From Octopus vulgaris (Eukaryota), in the NCBI GenBank assembly GCA_951406725.2, contig OX597822.1, positions 22,754,001 to 22,818,000 on the forward strand: a stretch of DNA of 64,000 nucleotides, written 5' to 3'. Each line of letters starts with the position of its first letter. Position 1 is the first letter of the stretch. Shown piece by piece: positions 12,540-26,756 of this stretch. Position numbers and translations under genes: made by a program. The notes beneath the pieces are model-generated. The model was given only the letters and a program-made list of their open reading frames with translations, had not been told where the DNA came from and made no database searches.

Positions 12540-14040
12540 AGGATTCTTGCTTGATGGCCTTGAGATGATCTGGTGGTAACCTTCGGGGTCGTGCAGCAAC
12601 AGGTGGACCACTGGTCTTGATGTGGTGGCAATTTCATGTTTTATAGGCAGACTATGGTCGAGGGACGTCCGGGTATTCTTTAAGGATAGCACTGTGACAA
12701 GTTGTCATTATTAGCAAAATAGTTGGGCTGACTGTGGCCATATGAGTGGCTATACCATGCACAGTGAGCTGTGTGGTACTGTCAACAAGTTTTCTGTGTT
12801 TGATGTCCACCAGGAGACCGAAATGATGCAGAAAATCAGTTCCTAAGATAGGATGTCAGCACTTTAGCAATGACAAATACCCATTGGAAGGTGAAGCAAA
12901 GACCTAAGATCTGTGTTAGGGACTGTTCACCATAGGTTGGAATCGGTGAGTGGTTGACTGCATGAAGACAAACTGGTGTCTCTTTTCTTTTGCTTGAAGT
13001 GCTGGAAACAGGGATTATGCTGATTTCCGCACCGATGTCAACAAAGAAACATGTGCCTGTTATGTAATTGCAAGTGGAAAACAGGCAACTTTGTGGGTAA
13101 GAGCCAGGAACTTCCATCGCATTTAATTCCTGGCTGTGTCATTTCCCAAACTGGATACTGAAAACAAGCATGGGATCATGCACTTCTGCGCCCGTGTTCC
13201 GAACTTTCGGTTGTACCAACTTGCTTCATGCAAGTTGTGGGTGGCACTCGGGCTTGGGACTATCTACTAAATTGATGCAATCGGCTGTTACTTTGACACT
13301 GTGTACCAAGTGATAGGGCCTGTATCGTTGTTGTCAGAGCCTGTATCTGTGCTGCCTGCTGCATCATCAGTGAGCACAAGTTAAAAATTTCAGAACTGGT
13401 CAAGGAAAGGAAAGGATTTGTAGGGGGAACAGCTGGTGTCACCGTCGATACTGTTGAATATCTATGCTATGTAGTACCTCGGCTATTTTGTCACCATTTC
13501 CTCAATGGTAGTGGATTCTTGTGTGGAAGTGAGGACCACCTGTGTGTTGGAGGGCAGACGCTGGAGAAAAAGCTGTTTAAAAATCTTTTGGGGGAGGATC
13601 TCATCTCCAAGAAGCTGCTTCATTCATCGTAGAAGCTGAGAAGGCATTCTATCGCCCAATTCTTCCAATGTAAGGAGCTGGTGGAATTGCTTTTGTTGGG
13701 ACTCTGAAGTTCTGTTGATTAAGGTAGATTTTAAAGTGTCTTATGACACTGAACCAGGTGGTGCCATAATGAGATCATGGACCACGTTCATGATCGCTGG
13801 CGATACGGAACCAATCACATGCGTAAGTCGAGACGCATCACTCACTATTCAGTGGGAAGAAAATTGGGCCTCTATATGGTGAAATCATAATGCAGGGTCG
13901 TGCGTCCTAAGTGGGGGAATCCTCAACATAATCGCCACCTAGAATGCCATGTCAACCGTGGATGTGTTCGTCGCTGAGTCGATAGGATAGAACTGAATAT
14001 GTTTTGTGTCTGTGTGTGCGTTGGTCATCCACACCAGTAG
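12540..14040 (-). mobile_element. Gypsy LTR retrotransposon remnant (gag and protease, truncated at start of RT)
   Basis: Gag IPP..HDPAL*FHHIEAQF...LGDRMPSQLLR*M; protease FFVDIGAEISIIP...IPTYGEQ...FQWVFVIA; pre-RT HIKTSGPPVAARPRRLPPDHLKAIKQE; multiple stops. Confidence 0.85.
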
Positions 14041-14994
14041 TTCATGTTGAATATCTGAGAAAATATTGGCCTATTTCGTGGCGCGCCTCTGGCTTGACGG
14101 TCTGTCTCTTTACGGATTACTGTATTTATAACAAGTCGTGGCAGCTAGAAGGACAGAGATACCACAGGAGAAATTGTACCTAAATAGGTCAACTCCTGTC
14201 CATTTGAACTTCACCTGACATGTCGAAGGGAAATGATCCATCATTTTTTGACAAGACAAAGAAATTTCTTTCGAGCCTGTTTGGTCAGGAGTAGATCAGA
14301 GGAGCGAGAATCCTTAGATTCGGTTTCGAATCTAAGCCCCGAGAAAGGAAGTGTTAGTTTTTACAAGCCGAACTGTGAACATGCTTGCTACAGTTTCGTT
14401 AATAAAGTACAACTTGCAAGAGTATGCGGCAACCTATTAACTCAACCATCTACATTTGCACATATATATTAGATATATAAAGTGTGGAAATAGTTTATGA
14501 ATAGACCATTCGCTTTCCAGTGCGACAAACAAGGCGTCAGTCTACTAGACGGAAGGTCGAAGGTTCATATTTTGTCAACAAAATCACTGAACTTCAAAGA
14601 CCCATCCACTTACGCATAATTAGTACGAATATGAGATATAAGTCACTGCAGTAAATAGTAGAAACTCCGCATAAGGGACAAGTGTTTTGTTAGATTTAAG
14701 TGTTGAACTCAAACTCCCCCATTGTAAAAATATGCACAAGATCAGTGCCCGAGACAAACAAAAAAAGTAACACGGACAAGGTGTCCGAAAATAAGTTAAT
14801 TTTCTAAACCGGTGATGTATTTCAAAAAAGTTCCTAATGAATTTAATACTTAAATATATTAAGATTGTGTTACTTTACCAAAGAAAGAATAATAAATATT
14901 AACCAGATTCTTGTTTTTATATTTCTTCTTAATTCTACGATTAATAATACTGTCATAGAATTTTACTATATTATTAATTAAAAATAAAAATAAA

Positions 14995-15127
14995 ATGACC
15001 CAAACGGAAATATTATTGTTAGTAGCGGAAGTTGCCGGTGCAATCTCAACTTCACCTTATTATATTACTAGCGTGCACATGTTTAATCCTTTATTAATTT
15101 ACATTTAGTAATGGTAATAGGTTCATA
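14995..15127 (+). promoter_or_regulatory. Putative DIS3 core promoter / 5' UTR with ETS-type site
   Basis: GCGGAAGT at 15025-15032 and CGGAAA near 15005, about 100 nt upstream of the ATG and after an AT-rich tract; ETS motifs are common at housekeeping promoters. TSS not determinable. Confidence 0.4.
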
Positions 15128-15352
15128 ATGCTCACCACGAAAACATTTTTCAAGAAAAATAGGAAGGGAGGTGTGATGAAGATAAATCGGGAACATTATC
15201 TTCGAGATGACATCTCTTGTGGATCGGAGATCTGTGATAAATGTGCTTGTATGGGTGGCAGTACTCCGCTTGATACCAAGAGCTCCATTCCAACCACGAT
15301 TGTGAAGGGCTGTTATTATCTTATTCCCGATACAAATATTATAATGCATCAG
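15128..15352 (+). CDS. DIS3: DIS3 coding exon 1 (225 nt)
   Basis: ATG...PDTNIIMHQ, donor CAG|GTAAAG. Confidence 0.95.
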
Positions 15353-18300
15353 GTAAAGTGAAACAGTTTATTTATTTCTGGATATTTTGTAACATTTTTC
15401 TTTTTAATTGGATTTTCTTTTAAAATTTAAGAAAACGAAATCTTTCAAACTCCAGTTGTTGTTGTTGATTATTTATTGGTCAGCCTTGATCTAACAGATA
15501 TATATAACCATTCCGTCACGTTCTGAGACTTGGCGCGTTACAAAGAATAATCTTTGGGGTCGATAAAATAAAGTACCAGTCAAGTACTGAGGTCGATGAT
15601 ATCCACCAACCCTTTCCCCTCAAAATCGTTAGCCTTCTCCTTATCTTGTTTCGCCTTCAATACCTTTTACTCGGATGAATCGACCCCTGTACCGTTTTTT
15701 AAAGCCTGGTACTTATTCTATCGTTTTCTTTTGCTGAACTGCTATATTGTAAGGACGTAAACACACCGACACTGATTGTCAAGCGGTGGTGGAGGACAAA
15801 CACAGACACAGAGACACATGGTGATCCTTCAGTTTAACTCGGTCGAGTTAAACCGAAGGATCGCCAGGCACACAGACACACACACATAAATACATTTCAC
15901 TTCTTATCACTTCCGTTTTTTTTTTTATTTTACTTTCACTTTCTTTCAGCATCTCAAATTAAGATTTAACCGGAATTTCATGGAAAACGAGGTACTTTCT
16001 TTATAAGGTTGTTCAGAAGTGAGGCAGATATAGTGCTGGAGAGAATAAGAGATGTCAGGTAATTTGGTAGCACAGAAGGGTGATCTGTATAAAATAGGAG
16101 TAGAGAGTAACAATATTAAAAATTAAAGGTGGATTATGAGTGAAGGGATTATATATTTGTTTTGCTTTTATTTTCCAGTTGGATATCCTCGAAGATCCCG
16201 TGATTAAAAATGTTATAATTCTCCAAACAGTTTTGCAAGAGGTAATTGGGTTTTTTTTAAAATTTTGCCAAAAAATCAAATCATTTTATGTTTTGTCTTC
16301 AGTGTTTTATGTTCACTTTTCCATACTAATAGAAGTTGAATGATTTTGAAAATATAGAGTTACATATGTGAGGTCTTGTATTAGGTCTTCTTAGGAACAA
16401 TTTAAATGCCACTTACTTGTAAAATTTGAGTTTAAATTAACTTTGAATCCATTCAGTCAACTTGGTGCAAATATTTTGACTAAGCATACATCTATGTAAT
16501 AGAGAATGTACATCTGTGGATGTAGATATGTCTTTGTGGTAATGAAGCTTGCTTTACAACTATGTGGTTCCTGGTTCAATCCACTGAGAAACACCTCGAC
16601 TAAATATCCTTGTGTATGAAATTTGGCAGACAAAAACTATGTGAAAACTAATTGTAAATGTGTGAGTGTGCCTGTGTATATCAGGGGTTCTCAATCATTT
16701 TTTCTATCTATGGATCCCTTTGATTACTATATTATTCTGGTGGATCCCCATAGCCATTCAATGTTTAAAAACTAGTTTTATAGAAGCTTCTCTCAAAATT
16801 CCTATTTTGTTTTTTGTGCATTATGTAAAATGTTAGAGAAAGAAGTGTCTGGGAAAACAGCCAAACTAACTAAACTAGAGAAAGAAACCTAGCTGCTTCT
16901 TGCAATAAATACATCTAAACCATGAGATTGGAAAGTAACTCACAGCCATGTCTTTGTCTTTTATCTGTCACTTGTTTCAGTCATTTGACTGCAGCCATTC
17001 TGGGACAATGCCTTGTAGTGTGCTAGTTGAAGAAATCAACCCATGGATTTATTTTATTTTAAGCCAAGTACTTATTCTATTGATCTCTTGTTGAACCACT
17101 AAGTTATGGGGACATAAACATACTAACACCAGTTGTCAAGAGGTGATGGGGGTCACACACAAACACAAAGACACACTCATATAGATATATATGATGGGTT
17201 TCTTTCAGTTGCTGTCTGCCAAATCAACTCAAGGCTTTTGTTGGTCTGAGGCTATAGTAGAAAACACTTGCCCAAGGTGCTATGCAGTGAGACTGAACCT
17301 GGAACCATGTGGTTGGGAAACAAGCTTCTTAACACACAGCCATGTTTGTGCCTATTATAAAATCAATAAAAATTCACACTGTTTATGCTTAGTTCATAAA
17401 TTAACATTAGGAGTCCTTAATTTATCAAATACTTCCGTTTACAAACACAGGTTAACTGAAGGCATTAATATTTGTATTTTCTCTTCACAGGTGAAGAACC
17501 GCAACATCGCAGCTTATAAACGACTCCAAGACTTAATAAGCCATCCAGATAAACATTTCTATATTTTCTCAAATGAATTTCATCAGTAAGTTTTACTGTT
17601 AACAAATTTTCTTTTGGACTATAAATAATAGTTTTAGATTTTAGGTACACAAGTCCAGCAGTTTTGCGGGGAAGCAGGTTAGTCAATACCATCAACTCCA
17701 GTACATGACTGATACAACTCTGAAAGGATAAAAGGCAAATTTGAAAACCGTAGATTATAAAGAGTCTAGAAAACATTGCAAAGCATTTTGCCTGATTCTG
17801 TCACCTGACCTTTTTTTTAGATTATAATATTAAGTAAAGGGTAAGAGGTAAAGACCCCCTTCAGTTATGAATGACCATGGGATTACACCTAAAAAGTTAC
17901 CCTCAAAGGCATAAGTCCAGGCAAGGTTGTCTATGAAAGACCAGCAGCCGCCCCTTTCCACACCACTGATGTTGTCCAAGGGAAAGGCAAGCACCAATAC
18001 AGTTTGTCACTAGTGACATCACAACTCATTTCTACTGCTGAGTGAATTGGAGCAACATGAAATAGTTGTCTTGCTCAAGAACAAAACACACTGCCTGGTC
18101 CAAGAATCAAATTCACTACTTCATGAATGTGAGCCATGCACCTACACTAATTCATCATCATTTAATGTCCACTTTCCATGCTAGCATGGGTTGGACGATT
18201 TTGACTGAGGGCTGGCGAACCAGATGGCTGCACCAGGCTCCAATCTTGATCTGGCAGAGTTTCTACAGGTGGATGCCCTTCCTAACGCCAACCACTCTGA

Positions 18301-19770
18301 GAGTGTAGTGGGTGCTTTTTACATGCTACCGGTATGGGGGCCCGTCAGGTGGAACTGGCAACGACCTCGCTTGAATCTTTTTACGCATGCCAACGTCACA
18401 GGTGCCAGTAAATCAACGCTGGTAATGATCATGCTCGAATGGTGCCTTTTACGTGCCACCGACACAGAAGCCAGTTAGCCGCTCTGGCAATGATCACGAT
18501 AGTATTGTTAGTTATAGTAATATAACCATTTGTTGTTATTTGTATAGACAAACCTGTATCAGTATGATCCAGAATTGCATGCATGCAAACAGACAAACAA
18601 GCTAACAAAATTCTTCAGTTTTTGTCTACCAAATTCACTCACAAGGCTTTCATCAACCTAGTGCTACAACAGAAGCTACTTGCTCAAGGTGTTGTTTAGT
18701 GGGACTGAATCTGAAACAATGATGAAAAGCCTTTAACCCTTTAATATTCAGATTATTTTGTCATATGTAATGCTTATTTAATCACATTGTTTTGAATTAA
18801 TCATGCATTATCTTGTAGCTTTGAGATTTCGATAATGGGATTGTATATTCTTAGAATGACATTGTAAGTTTGGTGTAAGAGGCCAGATCTGGTCAGTGTG
18901 AACATAAAACATGTAGTATATTTGGGCTGGATATGGCTAATTTAAATGCTAAAGGGTTAATGTTGCTCCTGAATTTGATCTTGGTTAAGAAATATATAAT
19001 GCCAAAACAATTAAGCTGTTTACTTATCTCTTCAGAACTATGTTGCCATTATCATTGTAAACCTAATCTTTATTTGCATAAGTGTTACTTGAAGAGTACT
19101 AGCAGTTCTTTCAAGTTGACTTACATTTGGAACACTTCATGAAGGTAGTGTTTAAGCAATGCCTCTATAATCCAATGGATTATTGGACTAAGATGTAATT
19201 TATAATTTGGTATTATTTTTTTTTAATAGCTCTGTCACCATTGGTATCATCATAATCATTATTTACTGTCCGCCTTCCATGCCAGCAATGGCTTGGATGG
19301 TTTGACAGAAGCTTGCACCATACTTCTGTGTCTGTTTTGGTAGGGTTTTTACAGCTGGATGCTCTTCTTAACACCAACCACTCCGCAGAGTGAGATGAGT
19401 GGTTTTTACATGGCCTCAGCACAGGCGAGATCAGTTTTGGCATGGTTTTTACAGCTGGACGCCCTTCCAAATGCCAACCACTTTACAGTGTGGACTGGAT
19501 GCGTTTTTAAGTGGCACCTACACTGGCAGGGTCACCAAGTAACTTTGCAAGTCAAGGAATCTTTGAGATTGGTGGGGGAGGATTGGAAGAGGTGATCTTG
19601 TGTCAGATTATGTAAGGTCAGAGTGTAACACAGAGACAGAAACATGTCTTGCTGTAGAGGAGGTACATGGTTATCCAGCCAGAGAGAGAGAGTTAACAAG
19701 AAATAGGCCAGAAACATGTGTGCTGCTGTTTCTGGGTTGGGTCTCCATCTTCCACATGTGCCATCCACTT

Positions 19771-19821
<51 letters not shown>

Positions 19822-22800
19822 TTGTTAATTCTCTCCAGACCTTCCGTAACCCACTACTTTTTCAGATTACTCTGTGAAAGTAATGTTTATTTACTATTTT
19901 GAATTAATCTTCATTATCTTGTAACTTTATTCTTAAAATGACATTGTAGAGTAGGTTTGAGAGACTGGATCTGGCCAGTTTGGACCTAAAACTGAGTGAA
20001 TATTTTGACCAGTTTAAGTGCTAAAGGGTTAATTTTCGTTGAAACTTGTGGGGGTAAAAACAGAGTTACTCTGCCAGAAAAGGAAGAAGTCTATACAAGA
20101 GGAAGTGTCAACCATCCTGAACAGAGATTAGATTCACACTTTTTTCTTTTATAAGTTAGTTGTGTCTTGAATCATTATTGTATGTAGCTTGTTAATTAAC
20201 CCTTTCATTACCAACCCGGCTGAAACTAGCTCTGGCTCTGTAGTACAAAGGTCTTGTTTTCATAAATTTTGAATTAAAATCTTCCACCAAACTTTAGTCA
20301 CAATTTATGTTCCTAACACTAGCTGAATGATAACTAAGTTATTTTACTAAATTATTTGTTATAATCAAAGTAATTAAAAGAAATACAGAGCATCTCAAAA
20401 TGAATACAGTAACGAAAGGGTTAATTTACAGCATTGGTTCATTTCTTTCTTTTTAGGTCAACATACATTGAACGTGAAGCAGGAGAATCTTCTAATGATC
20501 GTAATGACCGTGCCATCCGAGAGGCCACAAAGTGGTACCAAGAACATTTAGATTCTGTCAGCAATGGCAAAAATAATATAAAAGTTGTTCTTCTCTCTGA
20601 TGATGTCACCAACAAGCAGAAAGCGGAGGAAGATGGGATTCTTGGATTTAGTAGTAAGTTGGGTTTTCTGTGTGTCTGTCTGTCTGGAAATTGGAACTCA
20701 ACTTAAATAAGTCAAAAATTATTTTAAAATGAAGTTTTAACAATTTTTTTCCGTTAAATAGTCATTAGCATTTTATTGAAACTAATTCTCTCTACTAAAG
20801 GCACAAAGCCTGAAATTATGGGGGAGGAGACTAGTTGATTACATTGATCAACCCCAGTGTTCCACTGGTATTTATTTTATTGACCCCAAAAGAATGAAAG
20901 GCAAAGTTGTCCTTGGCAGAATTTGAACTCAGAACATAAAAATGGACAAAATGCCACTAAGCATTTTGCCCTGTGTACTAGCAATTCTGCCACCTCAATA
21001 CCCTACTTTTTTTTTTTTCATTTAAAATAATAATATATAAAAAATGTAATTCAATGTGATTTTTCTTTTCAGTGAACTACTACATCAAGAATTTGAAAAA
21101 TGCTACTCATCTACTTGACAAATTGGCATCTCACGAAGAAAACAATCATGTAAATATTACAAGTGTTTTTTCATCATATATCAAAATGAAAGACCCCCCA
21201 AAAAAGTGATATAGGTGTCAGCATAACCGCATTGTTAAGAACCATGCAATCATGGTTCACTTTGCTATTACCTGGTTTTAGATTCAGTCCCACTTGAGCA
21301 AGTGTCTTCTACTATAGATTCAGTCCCACTTGAGCAAGTGTCTTCTACTATAGCCCTGGCCTTGTTAGTAAATTAGGTACACAGAAATTATGCAAAAACC
21401 TGTTGTGTGTGTGTAGATACTTTTATTAAAGCCAAAAATATTTTCAGAAACTGTTGCTCAGAGTTTCATGTTGCTGTTTGTCAGACGGTATGATCGCAAC
21501 TGGCCAGCAAATGATAACATGAAACTCTGAGTAACAGTGAGTGAAGATTTTATTGGCTTCAATAAAAGCATATGACTCTAAGGCCAGCAATTTTAGGGGG
21601 TTGAGTAAGTAAATTAAATCAGCTCCAGTGCTCAAATGGTACTTGTTTTATCAATCCCAAAAGGATGAAAGACGAAGTCAACCTTGGTAGAATTTGAACT
21701 CAAAACATAAAGATGGATGAAAAGCCGCCAAGCATTTTACCTGGTGTGCTAATGATTCTGCCAGCTTGCTGCCTTATGATAACAAAATATGTTTTTCTAC
21801 TCTAGGCACACACCCCAAAATTTTTGGGGAGGGGGCCAGTTGATTTGATCAATCCAAGTATGCAACTGGTACTTAATCTGTTGACCCTGAAAGGATGAAA
21901 GGTAAAGTCAACCTCGGCAGAATTTGAACTCAGAACGTAAAGACAGATAAAATACCGCTAAGAATTTCACCGGGTGTGCTAATGTTTCTGCCGGCTCGCT
22001 GCCTTTTGTTAACAAAATATTGATATGATACAAATGTTCTGTAGCTTATCAGTATTTTTGCTTATTTATTTTATTTTTCTTCTTTTTAGCCTATTGGAAG
22101 AACTTTATTCCCAGAGCATTTATCATACTCTGAGATACAGAAAGGTATTAAACTTGGTAAATACAAGCAAGGAAAATTCCAAGCAAGTCGAGAAAACTAC
22201 CTGGAAGGTAGAGTGAGTGTTCTTGGTGCAGATGAGATGGTGAGTTATGAAATATTTTTAATAAATTTTTCCAACTCTTTTTCACTATAATGTTTTATGA
22301 GATGACCTCTTAGAAGTGGGAGCTTTTCCTCCCTTTCTTTCTCCTCCTTCTCTGTTCTTTTCTGCCTTGCAAATTACAAGGTCACCTCACTAATGCCGGT
22401 GCCACATTAAAAAGCACCCAGTACTCTTTGTAAAGTGGTTGGCTTTAGGAAGGGCATCCAGCTGCAGAAACCATGTCAAAGATGCATTGGAGCCTGACGC
22501 AGCCTTGCTGGTTCCCTATCAAACCATCCTACCCATGCCGACATGGAAAGCAGTCGTTAAATGATGATGATGATAATTGATCAATTGATTAATCAACCAA
22601 CTGACCTGACCTAGTGTGTGATTGCTATTTTCTATGTAGTATTTCTAACATATATTAATGAGTAAACTCAAGAAAGGAAGATGTGATTGGGTAAATAATA
22701 ATTCTGGAAAAGATAATACAAATGGTGTATTTGTATAGGTGAGGATTAATGACAGGAAGAGCACCCAGCTGTAGAAAATCCATCTCAACAAAATTTCATG

Positions 22801-24244
22801 TTAAAACAATGATGATGATGTAGATAGGTACAGATGTGTCTGTGTGGCTAAAATGTTTGTTTCCCAACCACATGGTTTCAGGCTCAGTTCTACTACATGG
22901 GACCTCAGGCAAGTGTCTTCTACTATAGCCTCAGGCCAACCAATGTTTTGTGAGTATGTTTGCTAAATGGAAACTGAAAGAAGCCCATCATATATATGCA
23001 TATAGGCACAGTCACAGCACAGTGGTTTAGAAACCTGCTTTCCAACCCCTTGGCTTTGGGTTCGAATGGTAGTGGTGGCAGTGATTATGATGATGATGTC
23101 CTATTGATAATTATTTTTTCTTGTTTTGTGTGGTTAGGTTTTAGTTGTTGGCCGTGAAAACCTTAATCGTGCTGTCAATGAGGACATCGTTGCTCTTGAA
23201 ATCTTACCTGAAGACGAATGGACTTGTCCATCCTCCATTATAATGGAAAATACAGCAGACGAAAAGAAGGAAGAAGAAGTAGAGGTATTTATTTATTTAT
23301 ATGTGTGTATGTATATATGTTTTAGTGAACATGCATGGCTTAGTTGTTAGGGTATTCAGCTCATGATCATAAGGTTGTGAGTTCAATTCCCAACAATGTG
23401 TTTTGTCCTTGAGCAAGACACTTTATTTCACGTTGCTCCAGTCCACTCAGCTGGCAAAAATGAGTTGTACCTGTATTTCAGAGGGCCAGCTTTGTCACAT
23501 TCTGTGTTGTGCTGAATCTCCCTGAGGACTATGTTAAGGGTACACATGTTTGTGGAGTGCTCAGCCACTTGCAGGTTAATTTCACTAGCTGGCTGTTCCT
23601 CTGATAGGATCAACTGGAACCCTTGTCATTGCAACCGGTGGAGTGCCAGTCAGTCTTGTAAATTTTTATTATTGGTTTCATTAATTACATTTAAACATTT
23701 ATATATACCCTTCTTTCTTTCTTCTTAATATCTATTATTTCTACCTGTCTTATGTTCTTTCTCTCACACAGACCCTACAATGTCATTCTAAAAGTAAACA
23801 ATCTCAAAGCTGCTCCAGTGGTAGATACCATGAAAGAAACTCTTGTATTGGTTTTTGGTGCAAAATGCACTCTTGTTTATATCATTAATAGGGAGATAAA
23901 TCCCTGCCGTCTCCAGCACTGAGACCACCAGATCACATGATTTCAACCTTCCTTGATCTTGTCAGTGATGAACACTCAGCTGCTAGAGATAGCAGCAACT
24001 CATCTCCCTGCCAGTGATATATAGAAAAACAGTGTCTATTTCTACCCCTGCCTTTCATTTCCTGTTTTTGAGGTTCAATGTTTACGTCCACTTTGTTTGA
24101 TTGTAAATATACCCCACTCTATCGCATCTTGCCAGATGGTATTTTTCCTTCTCTTTAAATAGATTCTCTTCTCTTAATGTCACATTTTAATTTTTTTCTT
24201 CTTTGTCAACCTGAATTTTTCTGCTCCATCTCTCCTCATATTAA

Positions 24245-24312
<68 letters not shown>

Positions 24313-26724
24313 TTACTGTTTCAATACCCTCTCCTATAATGTTTAGTTTAGTTTTTAGTCTTCATAAATGACTTGCCCGACGACCTCACGCAACACACCC
24401 TTTTATTTGCCGATGATGTCAAACTGGTCGCTCCCCGCGGTGATATAGATGATCTTTGTCGATGCCGCCACCAAGTTTGGAGATGGTCTAACGAATGGGA
24501 CCTGTGTCTGAACGTGTCAAAGTGCTGTCATCTGCCTGTTGGCTCTTCTCCTGCAACTCAACTTGATTTCGAGTCAGGTCGTCTGCTGCTGGAGAGGACC
24601 GACCAGGTAAAGCACCTGGGTATCTTGGTGGATTCTTCCTTTTCGCCTTTGGCCCAGTGTGTCCATGCTGACAACAAAGCACGCGGAGTTCTGTTTTTGA
24701 TTCGACGGTCTTTCGGAATGCTCACAGCAGCCATATTCCTACCGCCCTATGTCACGCTGGTGAGACCCATATTGGAGTACGGGATTGAAGCCTCTTCTCC
24801 TTATCTCCTCAAAGACATACAGCATCTCGAAAGAGTCCAGAAGCTGGCTACCCGCATGGTTCTTGGTCTCAAGCATTTGTCTTATGAAGAAAGGCTGAAG
24901 ACGCTCGACCTTTATTCTCTAGAAAAACGACAATGCCATGGTGATCTCATTCTTGCTCACAACATCATAAGCAGAAAGTGTAACTTCTCGAAAGAGCTGT
25001 TCTTCACTCCTGCTTCAGAGTGTCGGCTGCATGGTCACTCTGAAAAGTTCTATCTGCAACGATTTCATCTCAATTGTTTTTTTTTAATCAGTTTTATCTG
25101 CTTTCTACTCTCTTATCAACCATCAGGATGAAATTAAAAAGTCCATCAACAAAGTTCCAAAAGAAAAACGTCAAACAACTGGGCGTATTGTTGGTATTAT
25201 ACGGCAGAACAGACGAAATTACTGTGGCATTCTTCAGCTATCAGATATAAAGGAGGTAAAGTAACGATTTTCTAATATGGAATTACATGTGGTGCACGCT
25301 TGGGTGTGTTGTTAAGAAGCTTCCTTCCCAACCATATAGCCTTGGGTAAGTGTCCTTCTACTATAATCCCAGGCTGACCAAAGTCTTGCAAGTGGATTTG
25401 GCATGGTAGTGATTACTCCCTCAAAATGCCAGGTGTTAAAACATCTGGAAGTCATGGACAGGTGAGACAACTTGCCTCCAATCCCATCCAGGAATGATGG
25501 GCAGTGGTGTTTTGCCATTTTTGTGGTGAATCATACCACCAGTCTGCAACTTATATGCATATGGTGTAAAATCTATGTGCAGATATGCCCCAGCAATGCA
25601 TACATAGGAATAAAATCAGTGCTAGTGTAGAATAAGTACTAGGCTTACAAAGAATAAGTCCTGGGGTCGATTTGCTCGACTAAAGGCGGTGATCCAGCAT
25701 GGCCACAGTCAAATGACTGAAACGAGTAAAAGAGTGTAATAAACATTCTCGACTACATAGAGTAAAGAGCCCCTTTGGTCATGAATAACCATGGGATTGT
25801 ACCTAGATAGTTAGCCAACAAGGCACAAGTCCGGGCAAGGTTGTTTATGGAAGACCAGCAGTCAGCCATGCATACCAGCCTCCCCTCTCCATGCAACCAA
25901 TGTTGTCCAAGGGAAAAGCAAACACCAATACAGTTTGGCACCAGTGATGTTGTAGTTCATTTCTACTACTGAATGAACTGGAGCAACGTGAAATAGAGTC
26001 TTGCTCAAGAACACAACTCACTGCCTTATGATTGTGAGTCAGACACTAACCACTGAGCCATCATTGTTAACATATATGCTTTGTGTGATTGCATGGAAAA
26101 CTGGTGAATATTACTTTGCTTGGAAACGGAAGGGTTGGCAGAACGAAGAGCATTTGCCCAAGAAAAAACTAGCCCCTAACAAATTCTGCCTGACCCATGC
26201 TGGCATGGAAAAATAGACCTTAAATGACGAATATATATTTATAAATATAGGTGTAGGCATGGCTGTGTGGTAAGAAGTTAGCTTCTCAACTACATGGTCC
26301 TGAGTTCAGTCCCACTGTGCAGCATTTTGGGCAAGGGTCTTCTACTATAGCCTTGGGCTAACCAAAGCCTTATGTGTGGATTTGGTTAACAGAAACTGAA
26401 AAGGCGGCGAGCTGGCAGAAACGTTAGCATGCTGCACGAAATGCTTAGTGGTATTTCATCTGTCTTTACATTCTGAGTTCAAATTCCACCGAGGTCGGCT
26501 TTGCCTTTCATCCTTTTGGGGCAATAATTTAAGTACCAGTTATGCACTGGGGTCGATGTAATCGACTTAATCTCTTTGTCCTTGTTTGTTCCCTCTATGT
26601 TTAGCCCCTTGTGGGCAGTAGAGAAATAAGAAACTGAAACAAGCCTGTCGTATGTATACATATATATATGTGTGTGTGTGTCTTTGAATCTGTGTTTGTC
26701 CCCTCCAATAGCTTGACAACTTAA

Positions 26725-26756
<32 letters not shown>

